From an uncultured Acidobacteriota bacterium (GTDB taxonomy: Bacteria > Acidobacteriota > UBA6911): a stretch of DNA of 64,000 nucleotides. The translations under genes were made by a program, and so were the position numbers. Below, piece after piece: positions 41,970-50,512 of this stretch. The notes under the pieces are model-generated. The model saw only the letters and a list, made by a program, of their open reading frames with translations, was not told where the DNA came from and made no database searches. The stretch covers positions 41,584 through 105,583 of the forward strand of contig CAWHCF010000017.1 of NCBI GenBank assembly GCA_963827655.1, read 5' to 3'. How positions within the stretch are numbered: the stretch's first letter is position 1; each line of letters starts with the position of its first letter.

Positions 41970-42980
41970 CTACTTCGGGGCCGGACTTTCGCGGCGCGCC
42001 GCAATCGAGCGCTTGTCGGCGGCTTGCAGGACGAGCGTGCCGTCCGGCCGGATCTCGAAGCGTTGCACGCCCCGCAGGATGCCGAGGAATGCCTGCTCCT
42101 GCTTCATCAGCGGAGTTGCGCACGCTTTCATCGTCCCGATCGTTTGGCCGATGGTCAAGTTCTCTCCCGCGATCTTGTAACTCCCGCTGTACGAGTTGCA
42201 GGAGGAACTGCCCGACACACGGCCGTCCTGGCCGAAGCTCAGGGTGACGCGCGACTTCTCCACCGGCGCGGTGCCGTTGATGTCATGGACGACCCAGGTC
42301 CCGCCCTGTAGCTGCTGCGCACCCGCATCCACCGGCGTACACTCCGGATAAGTTTTCCCCTTCACAACCAGCGTGCCGTTACGGCCCTTGTTCCAGAACG
42401 AAGTCGTGGGATCGCCGGCAACCTCGAACTTGGCGCCGGAGGCAGCTTTCACTTGCTTCATCTCGTAAGTCTGGCCGCCCACGATCACGCGCGCGATGTC
42501 CCGATCGAAGCTCACGGAGATCCGCTCGGAGCCGCACATGAGCGTGGTCTTCAACGGCTCCGCCCGGACCTGAGTAAGCCGGATCATGCCGACGTCGACC
42601 GAGGGTGCGGCGGAATCGACGGCGATGTCCTTGGAAGCCCACATCGGCCGGCCACCTGACACAATGGCGCCTCTGACGACGTAGCGCTTTCCGGACGAGA
42701 GTTTCGCGCGATCAACGGACAGCTGGAAGGGTACCGGGACCTGCCGGCCCTCGAGGTCGATGCGCTGCTCCGCGACCGCCGGGGTGCCCTCGGGCGCCGC
42801 AGCGTCGCGCAACTCAACGACCGCGCGGCTGTCTGGCGGGAGCGCGATGCGCGCTAAATAGGTGAGCGAGCCTTTGATGATCAGAGGCTGGTTCTGCTGG
42901 GCCACGGCGTTCGCGGGCACGCCCACGAGCGCCGCCCACCCCGCGAAAGACGTCACGACACCAGTAATGACACGGAACAT
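41970..42980 (-). CDS. Secreted YbaY + MliC + META (HslJ) domain fusion
   Basis: TYLARIALPPD...QVPVPF (YbaY), AASGAKF...FWNKG (MliC), and GSSSCNSYSGSY...TMKAC...MKQE (META). Confidence 0.85.
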   Translation of the reverse strand: MFRVITGVVTSFAGWAALVGVPANAVAQQNQPLIIKGSLTYLARIALPPDSRAVVELRDAAAPEGTPAVAEQRIDLEGRQVPVPFQLSVDRAKLSSGKRYVVRGAIVSGGRPMWASKDIAVDSAAPSVDVGMIRLTQVRAEPLKTTLMCGSERISVSFDRDIARVIVGGQTYEMKQVKAASGAKFEVAGDPTTSFWNKGRNGTLVVKGKTYPECTPVDAGAQQLQGGTWVVHDINGTAPVEKSRVTLSFGQDGRVSGSSSCNSYSGSYKIAGENLTIGQTIGTMKACATPLMKQEQAFLGILRGVQRFEIRPDGTLVLQAADKRSIAARRESPAPK

Positions 42981-43429
42981 GGCGTTCCTCCCTAGTGTGT
43001 GCTTCTCCCGACTCTACGTCAGGCCGCGCGAACAATGCAATCCGAAATACCGAGGCGAGTGCGGCAGGCGAGACGGCGGACCATTTTCTGTTGGCCGCGC
43101 AGTCTGGTCACCCTGCAGGATCGCGCCTTTCCGGCTGCGGCCTGCAGGCCCGCCGGCGTTGTGACTCGCCCTCTCGTACCGCTCCAGGTCGGCATCGTCG
43201 CAGCACCGCGCCAGAGATCCCAGTGCGAGAGCGGTAGAATGCGGACTTATTCCTGCGCAGTCGCCCGACCTTCCTGACGTTCAAATCCCTTGAAATTCGG
43301 CACCCCGGTCCGTAGTATTCAGGCTCCGGGCGGTACGCGTGGGACTTGGACCAATGCTTTCGAGAAGCCTCAGGCAACCATGCGGAGAACCAGCAACCCG
43401 TCACCTCCGCTAATGCTGCTTTCGCATCC

Positions 43430-43506
43430 GTCCCCATCGTCTAGTCGGCCTAGGACACCGCGCTTTCAATGCGGCAACACGGGTTCGAATCCCGTTGGGG
43501 ACGCCA
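43430..43506 (+). tRNA. tRNA-Glu(TTC)
   Basis: gtcccca...gtctag...cctaggacaccgcg-ctTTCaa-tgcgg...gggttcgaatccc...tggggacgCCA; 77 nt. Confidence 0.96.
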
Positions 43507-44940
43507 GTTCTCGAATTTGTCTTTCCGCGCCAGGATGTCGAAGGGCTTATGGTATGTGGGACAAAGACTTCCGCGCGCGAAGGCGCAGTTCGATAGCAGG
43601 GTATTAAGCAGTCTTCGTCTTTCGGGGTGGTCCTGCCGTAAGTACAACTGGTGGGCTTTCTTGGCCAGTTCTAGAATACTGATGCCAAGCTCGTAATTCT
43701 TCTTAGTGGCATTTTCGTAGCGGGCCATCGAGAGCCTGATTTCCCTGAGTTCGCTCTGCCATTGTCTGGACTTCCTGGTCCAGAATTCCTCATCGATCTT
43801 TCCCGCTAGCTTATCGTCGTAGGCCCGATCCAATCGCTCCTGAACTGCTGCGTACTGAGTGTGGAGCTTCTCGATGGCCTCCCTATGGAATTTCTCTATG
43901 TCCCGGTGACTTTCCTGGAGGGCAACGCCAATCTTCGCCGCTAGATCGTCGGGGATCTCGATGGCTCGAACGATCTCACCAAGAAGATTCGACAGTCTGT
44001 CTTCGCGTATGTACGTGTTACCGCACTGCCCCTTGAATCCTGTGCAGTGGTAATAGACATAGCGGCTCTTCTTCTCTTCGGCGGTCATCGAGCAGCCGCA
44101 AAGCCCGCAGGTCAAAAGCCCAGAGAATGCGAAACTCCGCTTCGTTGCGCGAGGGCGACTTGAGCTCTTGAACACTTCCTGAACCGTGTCGAAAAGCTCC
44201 CTGGAAATAATGGGCGTGTGCTTGCCAGCGTGGATTCTACCTTTCCAGACAAACTCGCCGCAGTAAATCGGGTTATGCAAGATTCTGTGGATCTCAGATT
44301 TCGCCAGCCGTTTACCGGATCTGTGATGGAGAAGCCCAGAATTGCCGGCGATTTGCACTATTTGTTTGAGCGAATAGCTGCCGCTTGCGTAGGCCTCAAA
44401 CATCTTGGCGATCAGTGGTGCTTTCTTGGGATCAACCTCAATCACTCTGGTCTCCCGGTTGTTGACGTATCCTATCGGGGCGTAGCTGGGCCAATGTCCC
44501 TGCTCGGCCTTCTCACGCATTCCCTTGCTCGTCTCTTCCGACAGGTTGTCCAGAAAGTTTTTCGCAATCAACACCTTCAGCCCGTGCATGAGCTTCTCTG
44601 AGGAGCGCGACGTGGGAGAAATGATTGAGTTCTCTTTAACGAGCCTGACCTCGAGTCCAAGCTCATCAATGATCACATAGTCTTTGAAGTTTCGGTAAAG
44701 TCTGTCGGTCTTTTCCACAAGGATGATCCGACAGCCTGGATTCCGCCTTAGGAATGAAACCATTTTGCCGAAGGCAGTCCGACCTGACTGTTTGGCGGTC
44801 TCAACATCCACGAATTCCTCTAGAACGTTCAGGCTGTGATCGTCTGCATAAGCGAGCAGGAGCTTGAGCTGCGCAGGGATAGAGAAGCCCTCTTTCTCCT
44901 GCTCTTTGGAGGAGACCCGCGCATAAAGGACCGCCTTCAT
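43450..44940 (-). CDS. Large serine recombinase (integrase); the last 18 or so codons are antisense to tRNA-Glu
   Basis: YARVSS catalytic motif, SIPAQ, DRLYRN, APIGY, NPIYCG, H.PIIS.ELF, zinc ribbon CGLCG...YYHC...C and a coiled coil. Alternative start at 44973. Confidence 0.93.
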   Translation of the reverse strand: MKAVLYARVSSKEQEKEGFSIPAQLKLLLAYADDHSLNVLEEFVDVETAKQSGRTAFGKMVSFLRRNPGCRIILVEKTDRLYRNFKDYVIIDELGLEVRLVKENSIISPTSRSSEKLMHGLKVLIAKNFLDNLSEETSKGMREKAEQGHWPSYAPIGYVNNRETRVIEVDPKKAPLIAKMFEAYASGSYSLKQIVQIAGNSGLLHHRSGKRLAKSEIHRILHNPIYCGEFVWKGRIHAGKHTPIISRELFDTVQEVFKSSSRPRATKRSFAFSGLLTCGLCGCSMTAEEKKSRYVYYHCTGFKGQCGNTYIREDRLSNLLGEIVRAIEIPDDLAAKIGVALQESHRDIEKFHREAIEKLHTQYAAVQERLDRAYDDKLAGKIDEEFWTRKSRQWQSELREIRLSMARYENATKKNYELGISILELAKKAHQLYLRQDHPERRRLLNTLLSNCAFARGSLCPTYHKPFDILARKDKFENWRPQRDSNPCCRIESAVS

Positions 44941-44991
44941 GCGCCCCTTATCGGAATGTTCGTTCTTTGGCATGTTGGTCCTAAAGGGACT

Positions 44992-45234
44992 TCAAGGTTT
45001 GCGGCTAGAGCTTTGAGAGTAATCTATCATCAACGTTGGGGCATCGCGCAAGATTTTTTGGGGATCTGGAGTCGTCGGCAGTGGCGGAGTTTTCCTTTCT
45101 CTCTCATGCCATTCATAGAGCACTCGAAAGAACCCAATCAAATTGGGAGTGATGGTGAGCTCTGGTCCAGCTTCGGGGAGATCCGTCTGCCAGTTCGCAA
45201 CTGATTTCTTCTGATCTGATTGGCTGACTTTCAC
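44992..45234 (-). CDS. Small hypothetical protein immediately upstream of the recombinase
   Basis: 80-aa ORF, co-oriented, with the amphipathic helix NLIGFFRVLYEWHERE. Confidence 0.5.
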   Translation of the reverse strand: MKVSQSDQKKSVANWQTDLPEAGPELTITPNLIGFFRVLYEWHERERKTPPLPTTPDPQKILRDAPTLMIDYSQSSSRKP

Positions 45235-45310
45235 GAGGTTTTCCAGCGATCAGAGCTTCTCGTTTGCAGTAGCTGAGGCTGCTCCGTATTGAACTCCACG
45301 TGCTTCGAGT

Positions 45311-45604
45311 TCATACGGCGGCACAGATCCCCTTCAACTCGATCTCAAAGCCGAACGGGGAGAGATCGTGGTCATGGACCATATGAGCGTGCATTCGAAA
45401 GGAGCGTAGACGGTTTCGAATCTCCGGCCGCTCCCGGATTCGCTCCTTCAGCAGGTCCAGATTGATGGCGCACTCGTCAATCAGAACTAACTGAAGTAAG
45501 TCGTTATCGCGAGGAAATGGTTTCCAGATCCACGCCGCCGTCCACACTGCGGATGCCACGCAGTAGCTGACGAAAGACTTACCCTCGATGACGCGCCGTA
45601 ACAC
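45311..45604 (-). pseudogene. Probable N-terminal remnant of a type IV coupling protein (TraD/VirD4-like)
   Basis: MLRRVIEGKSFVSYCVASAVWTAAWIWKPFPRDNDLLQLV (a TM helix then PFP) recalls Acidobacterial coupling-protein N-termini. No ATPase domain follows. Confidence 0.4.
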
Positions 45605-45617
45605 CTTTGTCTTTTTC

Positions 45618-45884
45618 TCACTCGATCGTGGACTCGGAACTCACGGCTCCTTCGGTCTGGTGGTGCGGTGCTCTCTTGCCTGTGGTCCTGTTGCGCTTGA
45701 GCCAGGCCTGAAATTCCTTGTCTCGACCGAAGGTATAGCGAAGCGCCTGCTCGACTACATAGTGCTGGCCGCTATCTATAAACTCACAGTAACTCCGAAG
45801 CAGATCGCCCACGGCAGGATCGATCCGTATGTTGAGCTGGTCCTTCTTCTCAACCGGAGGTTCCTTTGTAATCAGAGCCACCAC
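45618..45884 (-). CDS. Small ribbon-helix-helix-like DNA-binding protein
   Basis: GAGGAG RBS then GTG; QLNIRIDPAVGDLLRSYCEFIDSGQHYVVEQALRYTF has a strand-helix-helix pattern. Confidence 0.6.
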   Translation of the reverse strand: MVALITKEPPVEKKDQLNIRIDPAVGDLLRSYCEFIDSGQHYVVEQALRYTFGRDKEFQAWLKRNRTTGKRAPHHQTEGAVSSESTIE

Positions 45885-45920
45885 TTTCTCCTCGACTTGC
45901 TGGTGCCTGTAATCGCATTT

Positions 45921-46000
45921 TGCTAGCAGCGATTGCCTCATCTCTGCTAGCAAGCTTTCGCGAAACCGTGCTAGCAAGGAATCCCGTAAGTCTGCTAGCA
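45921..46000. repeat. Four TGCTAGCA palindromes at exact 24-bp spacing
   Basis: Starts at 45921, 45945, 45969 and 45993. Confidence 0.9.
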
Positions 46001-46015
46001 AGATTCTCTCGTCTT

Positions 46016-46137
46016 GGGTCAAGGGACGGGCGGGAGCGACCCCCGGGAGTTCGAAGCAAAGCTTCAGAACGATCCGAGGGGTTTTGGGCGGCCCAGCCGC
46101 ACAAAAACCGGGGTCGCTCCCGCCCGTCCCTTGACCC
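46016..46137. repeat. Perfect 28-bp inverted repeat with a 66-bp spacer
   Basis: gggtcaagggacgggcgggagcgacccc (46016-46043) and ggggtcgctcccgcccgtcccttgaccc (46110-46137). Confidence 0.92.
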
Positions 46138-46289
46138 CGCGGCCCGCCCAGATCGGACTTGACGGCTTGTGAAGTCATTGTGAGAGCTTTGATTAGTATC
46201 GGGCGGGCACAGAACCACGAGCCAGAACATTGACCTGAACATCCAATGCGTTGGATGGTTCAGGCTTCTTCCGCCCAATCTGAGGTATT

Positions 46290-47110
46290 TCTGGCAGACG
46301 TACCAAAAAGGTCATAGTTTTCATCGAGCTTGTAGGTCAGAAAGTCCGCTGTGAGGGCACCAGAGCGATCGCTTCTTGGGAACAAAACAGCGATCACATG
46401 CACACCAGGGAGGTCGTCTTTCCTTTCGTCCGAAGGATTGAAAAAGCCGCGACACGAAAGGTTTTCTCGGCGGTAGGAAGTGCCTTTGTTCGTCGCGACG
46501 TGCACGATTCGGACTCCGCCGAGCGCGTCAAAAGGTTTGGTACTGCTTCAAAAAGTCTGAAATCCTGAAGTGGAAACGACACCCTCAGCGACGCAGCAAA
46601 AGGAGACCACAGGAGCTGAGAGCGACAATAAGTTCGGCCGGAATGAAGATCGGAACCTTGTCGAGAAATGAGATCGCGGATTGGACGCCGCTTGAGCGAT
46701 AGATCTTGGTGGGATTATCGATTCCGATGCCGCGCTCGCCCGTGAAATAGGCGATTTTTTCCTCCTCTTCTTGGTCCAGAAAGCGCTTCCGATTCGCGAG
46801 AACGAAGTCAGTGCCATCAGTTTGGCCTTCGCAACAAGCGCCGGTCGCGTGCGTCTGGGCGGTTGTTCGCTTGACCAATGGCACCGTAGAAGGACTGGGA
46901 GCATTGGTGGTAAACAAGGCTTTGCGTCGCCACCTGTACATTGGCCGTGGTCCTGGCCAGGATTTTCTCCACAAGTACGTCGTCACGTCAGCCGGTTTCT
47001 TACCGCGGAACTGGCAATACTGGCGCAGGACGAAGTAGCCGCTATGAGCCGTCGCCAGACAGAGAAACACAGCTTCTCGGTCTGTGTGTAGCCCAGGGAC
47101 TGGAGTGCTG
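46290..47110 (-). pseudogene. Multiply frameshifted hypothetical gene of an integrative element (possible replication/relaxation protein)
   Basis: Protein-like blocks in different frames: REAVFLCLATAHSGYFVLRQYCQF, VKAKLM-DFVLANRKRFLDQEEEKIAYF, FLDKVPIFI and FLTYKLDENYDLFG. Confidence 0.45.
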
Positions 47111-47427
47111 CGATGCGTTCCTGGTGTGTCACGATAGCGAGAGGATTCCCGGCGGTTTAATGCGGCATAAAAGTCAGGCAGACGCACCCTGCGAAATAAG
47201 ACGAGCGGCGCCTTGATCGCGACTCTGCAGCTTTATATTAGTAACGAAAAATGGGTAAATGTAACACGAGGGGTCAAAAAAACCCGAGACTGTAGTGCGG
47301 GCATCCTTGAGTCTTGACGTTTCTCGCGGGAGTTCGACGAAATGAAACACACTCAGAATAAATATTCCGAGCACGCTGATGGCCGAGGTTTTAGGACGGA
47401 CGAAATCTGTCGCCTTGCTCTCAAATC

Positions 47428-47757
47428 CTATCGGGTCGATCGAGTAGTTGTTTTCAGCTCTTTCGTGTTTGTCGTGCGGAAAGCTGATCGAATTGGATAG
47501 TGCGACGGATCGTCGAAACGAAAAACCAGAGACGAATCGGAACGTTGGTAATGACAGCTGTACATAAGGCGTATGGGTCTTGGTTCTGCGTCCACGAGTT
47601 CGCGGAAGTGAAGGTGTGAGTTGTCGAGGAAGTAAATGTTTCCTCGGATTAGTCCTGCATCGGGGCTGCGCTTGTCGAGTGCTTCGTTGTACGAGCTGAC
47701 GTAGGAAGATTCGCCGAGGGCTTCCAGCAAGCGTGAAATATAGTCTTCAATGGACAA
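47428..47757 (-). CDS. DUF6516 / TumE-like toxin family protein (C-terminus possibly degraded)
   Basis: IRGNIYFLDNSHLHFRE...YSCHYQRSDSSLVFRFDDPSHYP matches the YSYHYQ...FRYDNAPHH family pattern. Confidence 0.65.
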   Translation of the reverse strand: MSIEDYISRLLEALGESSYVSSYNEALDKRSPDAGLIRGNIYFLDNSHLHFRELVDAEPRPIRLMYSCHYQRSDSSLVFRFDDPSHYPIRSAFRTTNTKELKTTTRSTR

Positions 47758-47894
47758 TCTGGGCCCCATGAAGAGTTTCGTACTTTTTCCTGAGTACGGG
47801 TGTTCCTGGCGAATTCCGAATTTGCCGTCATTTCCATCCACGTGTCCAGGGCGAATTGTCGCAATCCTTCGATTTTCTGATCTTCAACGCGGCA

Positions 47895-48191
47895 TACGAT
47901 TGCGGAACGGATCAGTCGGCCGGGGGCGCATGAGGAGAGCACACAAGCCGGCGACGACGCGATCGCAGACGCGCAGATTGGGTGAACGGTGTCGGGAACG
48001 ATTCAGGATCAGGAGTTGCTGCTTGACCAGAACAGATTCGGCGACCACAGAACGTGCGCCGCCGGGACCCGCGAGTCGGGCAATCGTCGTAATGAGATGG
48101 ATGAAAGTACAGCTAGATCACGCATGAGAGAGCATCGTAACAGATCGCGAAATCCAAGAAATGCCCTAAAACTAGCAATTCGCCACCGACA
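47895..48191 (-). mobile_element. Truncated IS (IS481/IS3-like integrase-core transposase; left end and N-terminus only)
   Basis: End sequence TGTCGGTGGCGAATT, then MRDLAVL/FIHLITTIARLAGPGGARSVVAESVLVKQQLLILNRSRHRSPNLRVCDRVVAGLCALLMRPGRLIRSAIV, after which it stops. Confidence 0.65.
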
Positions 48192-48436
48192 AGATCCGCA
48201 GCGCGGCTCTTCAGGTACGTCACCGGTCGAATATCTTTCCTTAGATGCCCATGCATGGATCCTCGGCCCGAATTCGGTACCGAATTCGGACCGATTGCAA
48301 GCTTTCTGCCGTCCGCGAGAATTCGGTTGTTTCAGTCAGGCCGCTGCAAAGGTACTGCGGGCCCCGGCAGGACAACGCTCCAGGGTGCGACCGCGTTCCC
48401 CGGGCCGACAGCCTGGCCGCCCGGCGGCACGTTCAT

Positions 48437-49570
48437 CTACGGGCATACGGTGGTGCCGCGGCTCAGGACAGTCTTATCGCATTTTATTGTCCCGATGGCT
48501 ACCCCATCAAAAGTCACCCGGGTCCCAAAGCCGAGGTCCACATCGGTGCCATTGCGTGTGATGGCAGACGGGTTCGCTGGTATCGACACAAATGTCAGAC
48601 TGTCGGCGGCATCCGCCAGCACTCCGGTGTCGCTATTGTTTCGCACGGTGAGCCCGCCAACGACGAGAGCCCCGGACCCCTGACCGAAGTTCAAGCCTAT
48701 GGCGTTGTTCTCGATCAGGAACGTGCTGTTTCCAACAGGACTGACGAGTGTGCCGTCGACAACAAAGATCCCCGTCGGATTATTTGAGGCGCTGATTGTG
48801 CTGCGGGCGAACACCGTAAAGATTGAGCTGGCGATGACAATGCCGCCAGCACCGTTGTGGTGTGCGGTTATGCTGCTTCCCTGCGATGTCCCGAACCCGA
48901 AGATGGCCACCTGGCCGCTACCGGCAATCAAGCCGAATGCACCGTTGTTGCTTAATTGAACCGCCGCCCCGCGGATTTCCAGAGTCGACTGACCGTTGAC
49001 CTCTATGCCGTTCCCCACATTGTTAGTAATGTCGATCGCGTTCTTGAGGACGGCGCTGGAGCCTGTGAACACGTCCAGGCCGAAACCGTTGCGCCGCATT
49101 GTGCAACCGATAAGCTCGGCCGAGGAGCTGTCACCGACTGCAATACCTGTGGCGGCATTATCCTGCACGACGGTGTTGTGCACCGCAAAGGCCGCGCCGC
49201 GCATACCGAGAATCCCTTCTCCGGGACCGCGTTGTATGGTGAAGCCCTTAATAACCACGCCGCTAGCTCCATCTATGGTCACCACCCCGTCGAACTCGGT
49301 CGGCGCACCGCCACCTCCGTCGAGGATCGCGGCGCGTTGCCCGTCAAGCGTGATCCGGTCTGTAGTGATGGTCACTCTCTCACGGCAGGTGCCGCTGACG
49401 ATGATCGTGTCGCCCGCTTCGGCTTTGCTCAGAGCCTCGGCGATCGTTTTCCCCGCGCCGCAATCTACAACTTTCATACCGGGGGCAGCGACGGCCTCTG
49501 CAGAGGAGGCTGCCGCGACCAGCGCGATCATCAGCGCAAAAAGCTTCGTTCGTGCGTCTTGAGTTTTCAT
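48437..49570 (-). CDS. Secreted right-handed parallel beta-helix protein
   Basis: Signal peptide, VDCGAGKTIAEAL...GDTIIVSGTC.E and repeated NN..GI units. Confidence 0.85.
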   Translation of the reverse strand: MKTQDARTKLFALMIALVAAASSAEAVAAPGMKVVDCGAGKTIAEALSKAEAGDTIIVSGTCRERVTITTDRITLDGQRAAILDGGGGAPTEFDGVVTIDGASGVVIKGFTIQRGPGEGILGMRGAAFAVHNTVVQDNAATGIAVGDSSSAELIGCTMRRNGFGLDVFTGSSAVLKNAIDITNNVGNGIEVNGQSTLEIRGAAVQLSNNGAFGLIAGSGQVAIFGFGTSQGSSITAHHNGAGGIVIASSIFTVFARSTISASNNPTGIFVVDGTLVSPVGNSTFLIENNAIGLNFGQGSGALVVGGLTVRNNSDTGVLADAADSLTFVSIPANPSAITRNGTDVDLGFGTRVTFDGVAIGTIKCDKTVLSRGTTVCP

Positions 49571-49880
49571 GACTCTCTCCTTGGTCGGTTATCAATCATT
49601 TGCTGCAGCGGGGTAATCACTCCTTCATTATTTGGCATGTTTGTATTCTCCTTTTGTTCTTTAACGGCACCTGAATGGGGCCAGAATGTTTCAACCATTT
49701 CTTCTCTCAAGCTCGCGCCGAATGTTGCAATCGACGCCTTCACTTTCATTAACGGAAATGGCGGCGAAAGAGGATCATGCAAATCAAGGATTCGATTACC
49801 AAATGCAACCAAGCGGCGCGCAAGTGGTATAATGCTCGGCGTCTCAGCCTGAACTCATTGCACGAAAGGGGTGATCGCCC

Positions 49881-50447
49881 ATGACACCCTCGCCCCAAGA
49901 GATCTCGCAATTGCTCGTCGAGTGGAGTAACGGCGATCAGGCCGCGCACGACAAGCTGATGCCACTGGTCTACGACGAACTGCGCCGGATAGCGAAGCGT
50001 TACATGAGACGTCAACATCCTAGCCACACGCTGCAAACCACCGCGCTCATCCATGAAGCGTACCTCCGGCTGGTGAATCAACGAGAGGCACACTGGCAGA
50101 ACCGCACCCACTTCTTCGCCGTCGCGGCGCGTGTGATGCGCCAGATCTTGGTCGATCACGCCCGCTCTCGTCACAGCGCCAAGCGTGGGGCTGAGACACG
50201 CGCAATCGTTCCGGAGGAAGCTGCCGTCATTGCTCCGGAACGGGCCGCAGAGATGATCGCCCTCGACGAGGCGCTGCAGACGCTGACGGCCATCGACCGG
50301 CGTCAAGGCCGGATCGTGGAATTGCGGTACTTCGGCGGGCTGACCGTGGAAGAGACCGCCGAGATCCTCAAAATCTCGCCGATCACAGTCAAACGCGACT
50401 GGAGTCTGGCCAAAGCTTGGCTCCATCAAGAGCTCAAACTCAAATAG
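49881..50447 (+). CDS. ECF sigma factor, STK-associated type
   Basis: [40 protein letters not shown] and TVKRDW..AKAWL. Confidence 0.93.
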   Translation: MTPSPQEISQLLVEWSNGDQAAHDKLMPLVYDELRRIAKRYMRRQHPSHTLQTTALIHEAYLRLVNQREAHWQNRTHFFAVAARVMRQILVDHARSRHSAKRGAETRAIVPEEAAVIAPERAAEMIALDEALQTLTAIDRRQGRIVELRYFGGLTVEETAEILKISPITVKRDWSLAKAWLHQELKLK

Positions 50448-50512
50448 TCCCTTGTTGCTGATCCTTGTTCCTTTATCGGTTGCCACGGGCCATGGCCTGT
50501 GATCAAGAATCA

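Noticed and set aside
43461-43475. The tRNA loop contains TTCA, suggesting a TCA (Sec or opal-suppressor) anticodon
   Set aside because: The stem ccgcg/tgcgg closes the 7-nt loop CTTTCAA, placing TTC at positions 34-36. The body is a typical tRNA-Glu with no long variable arm.
45921-46000. Mini CRISPR array
   Set aside because: The repeat is 8-10 bp with 14-16 bp spacers, far too short, and there are no cas genes.
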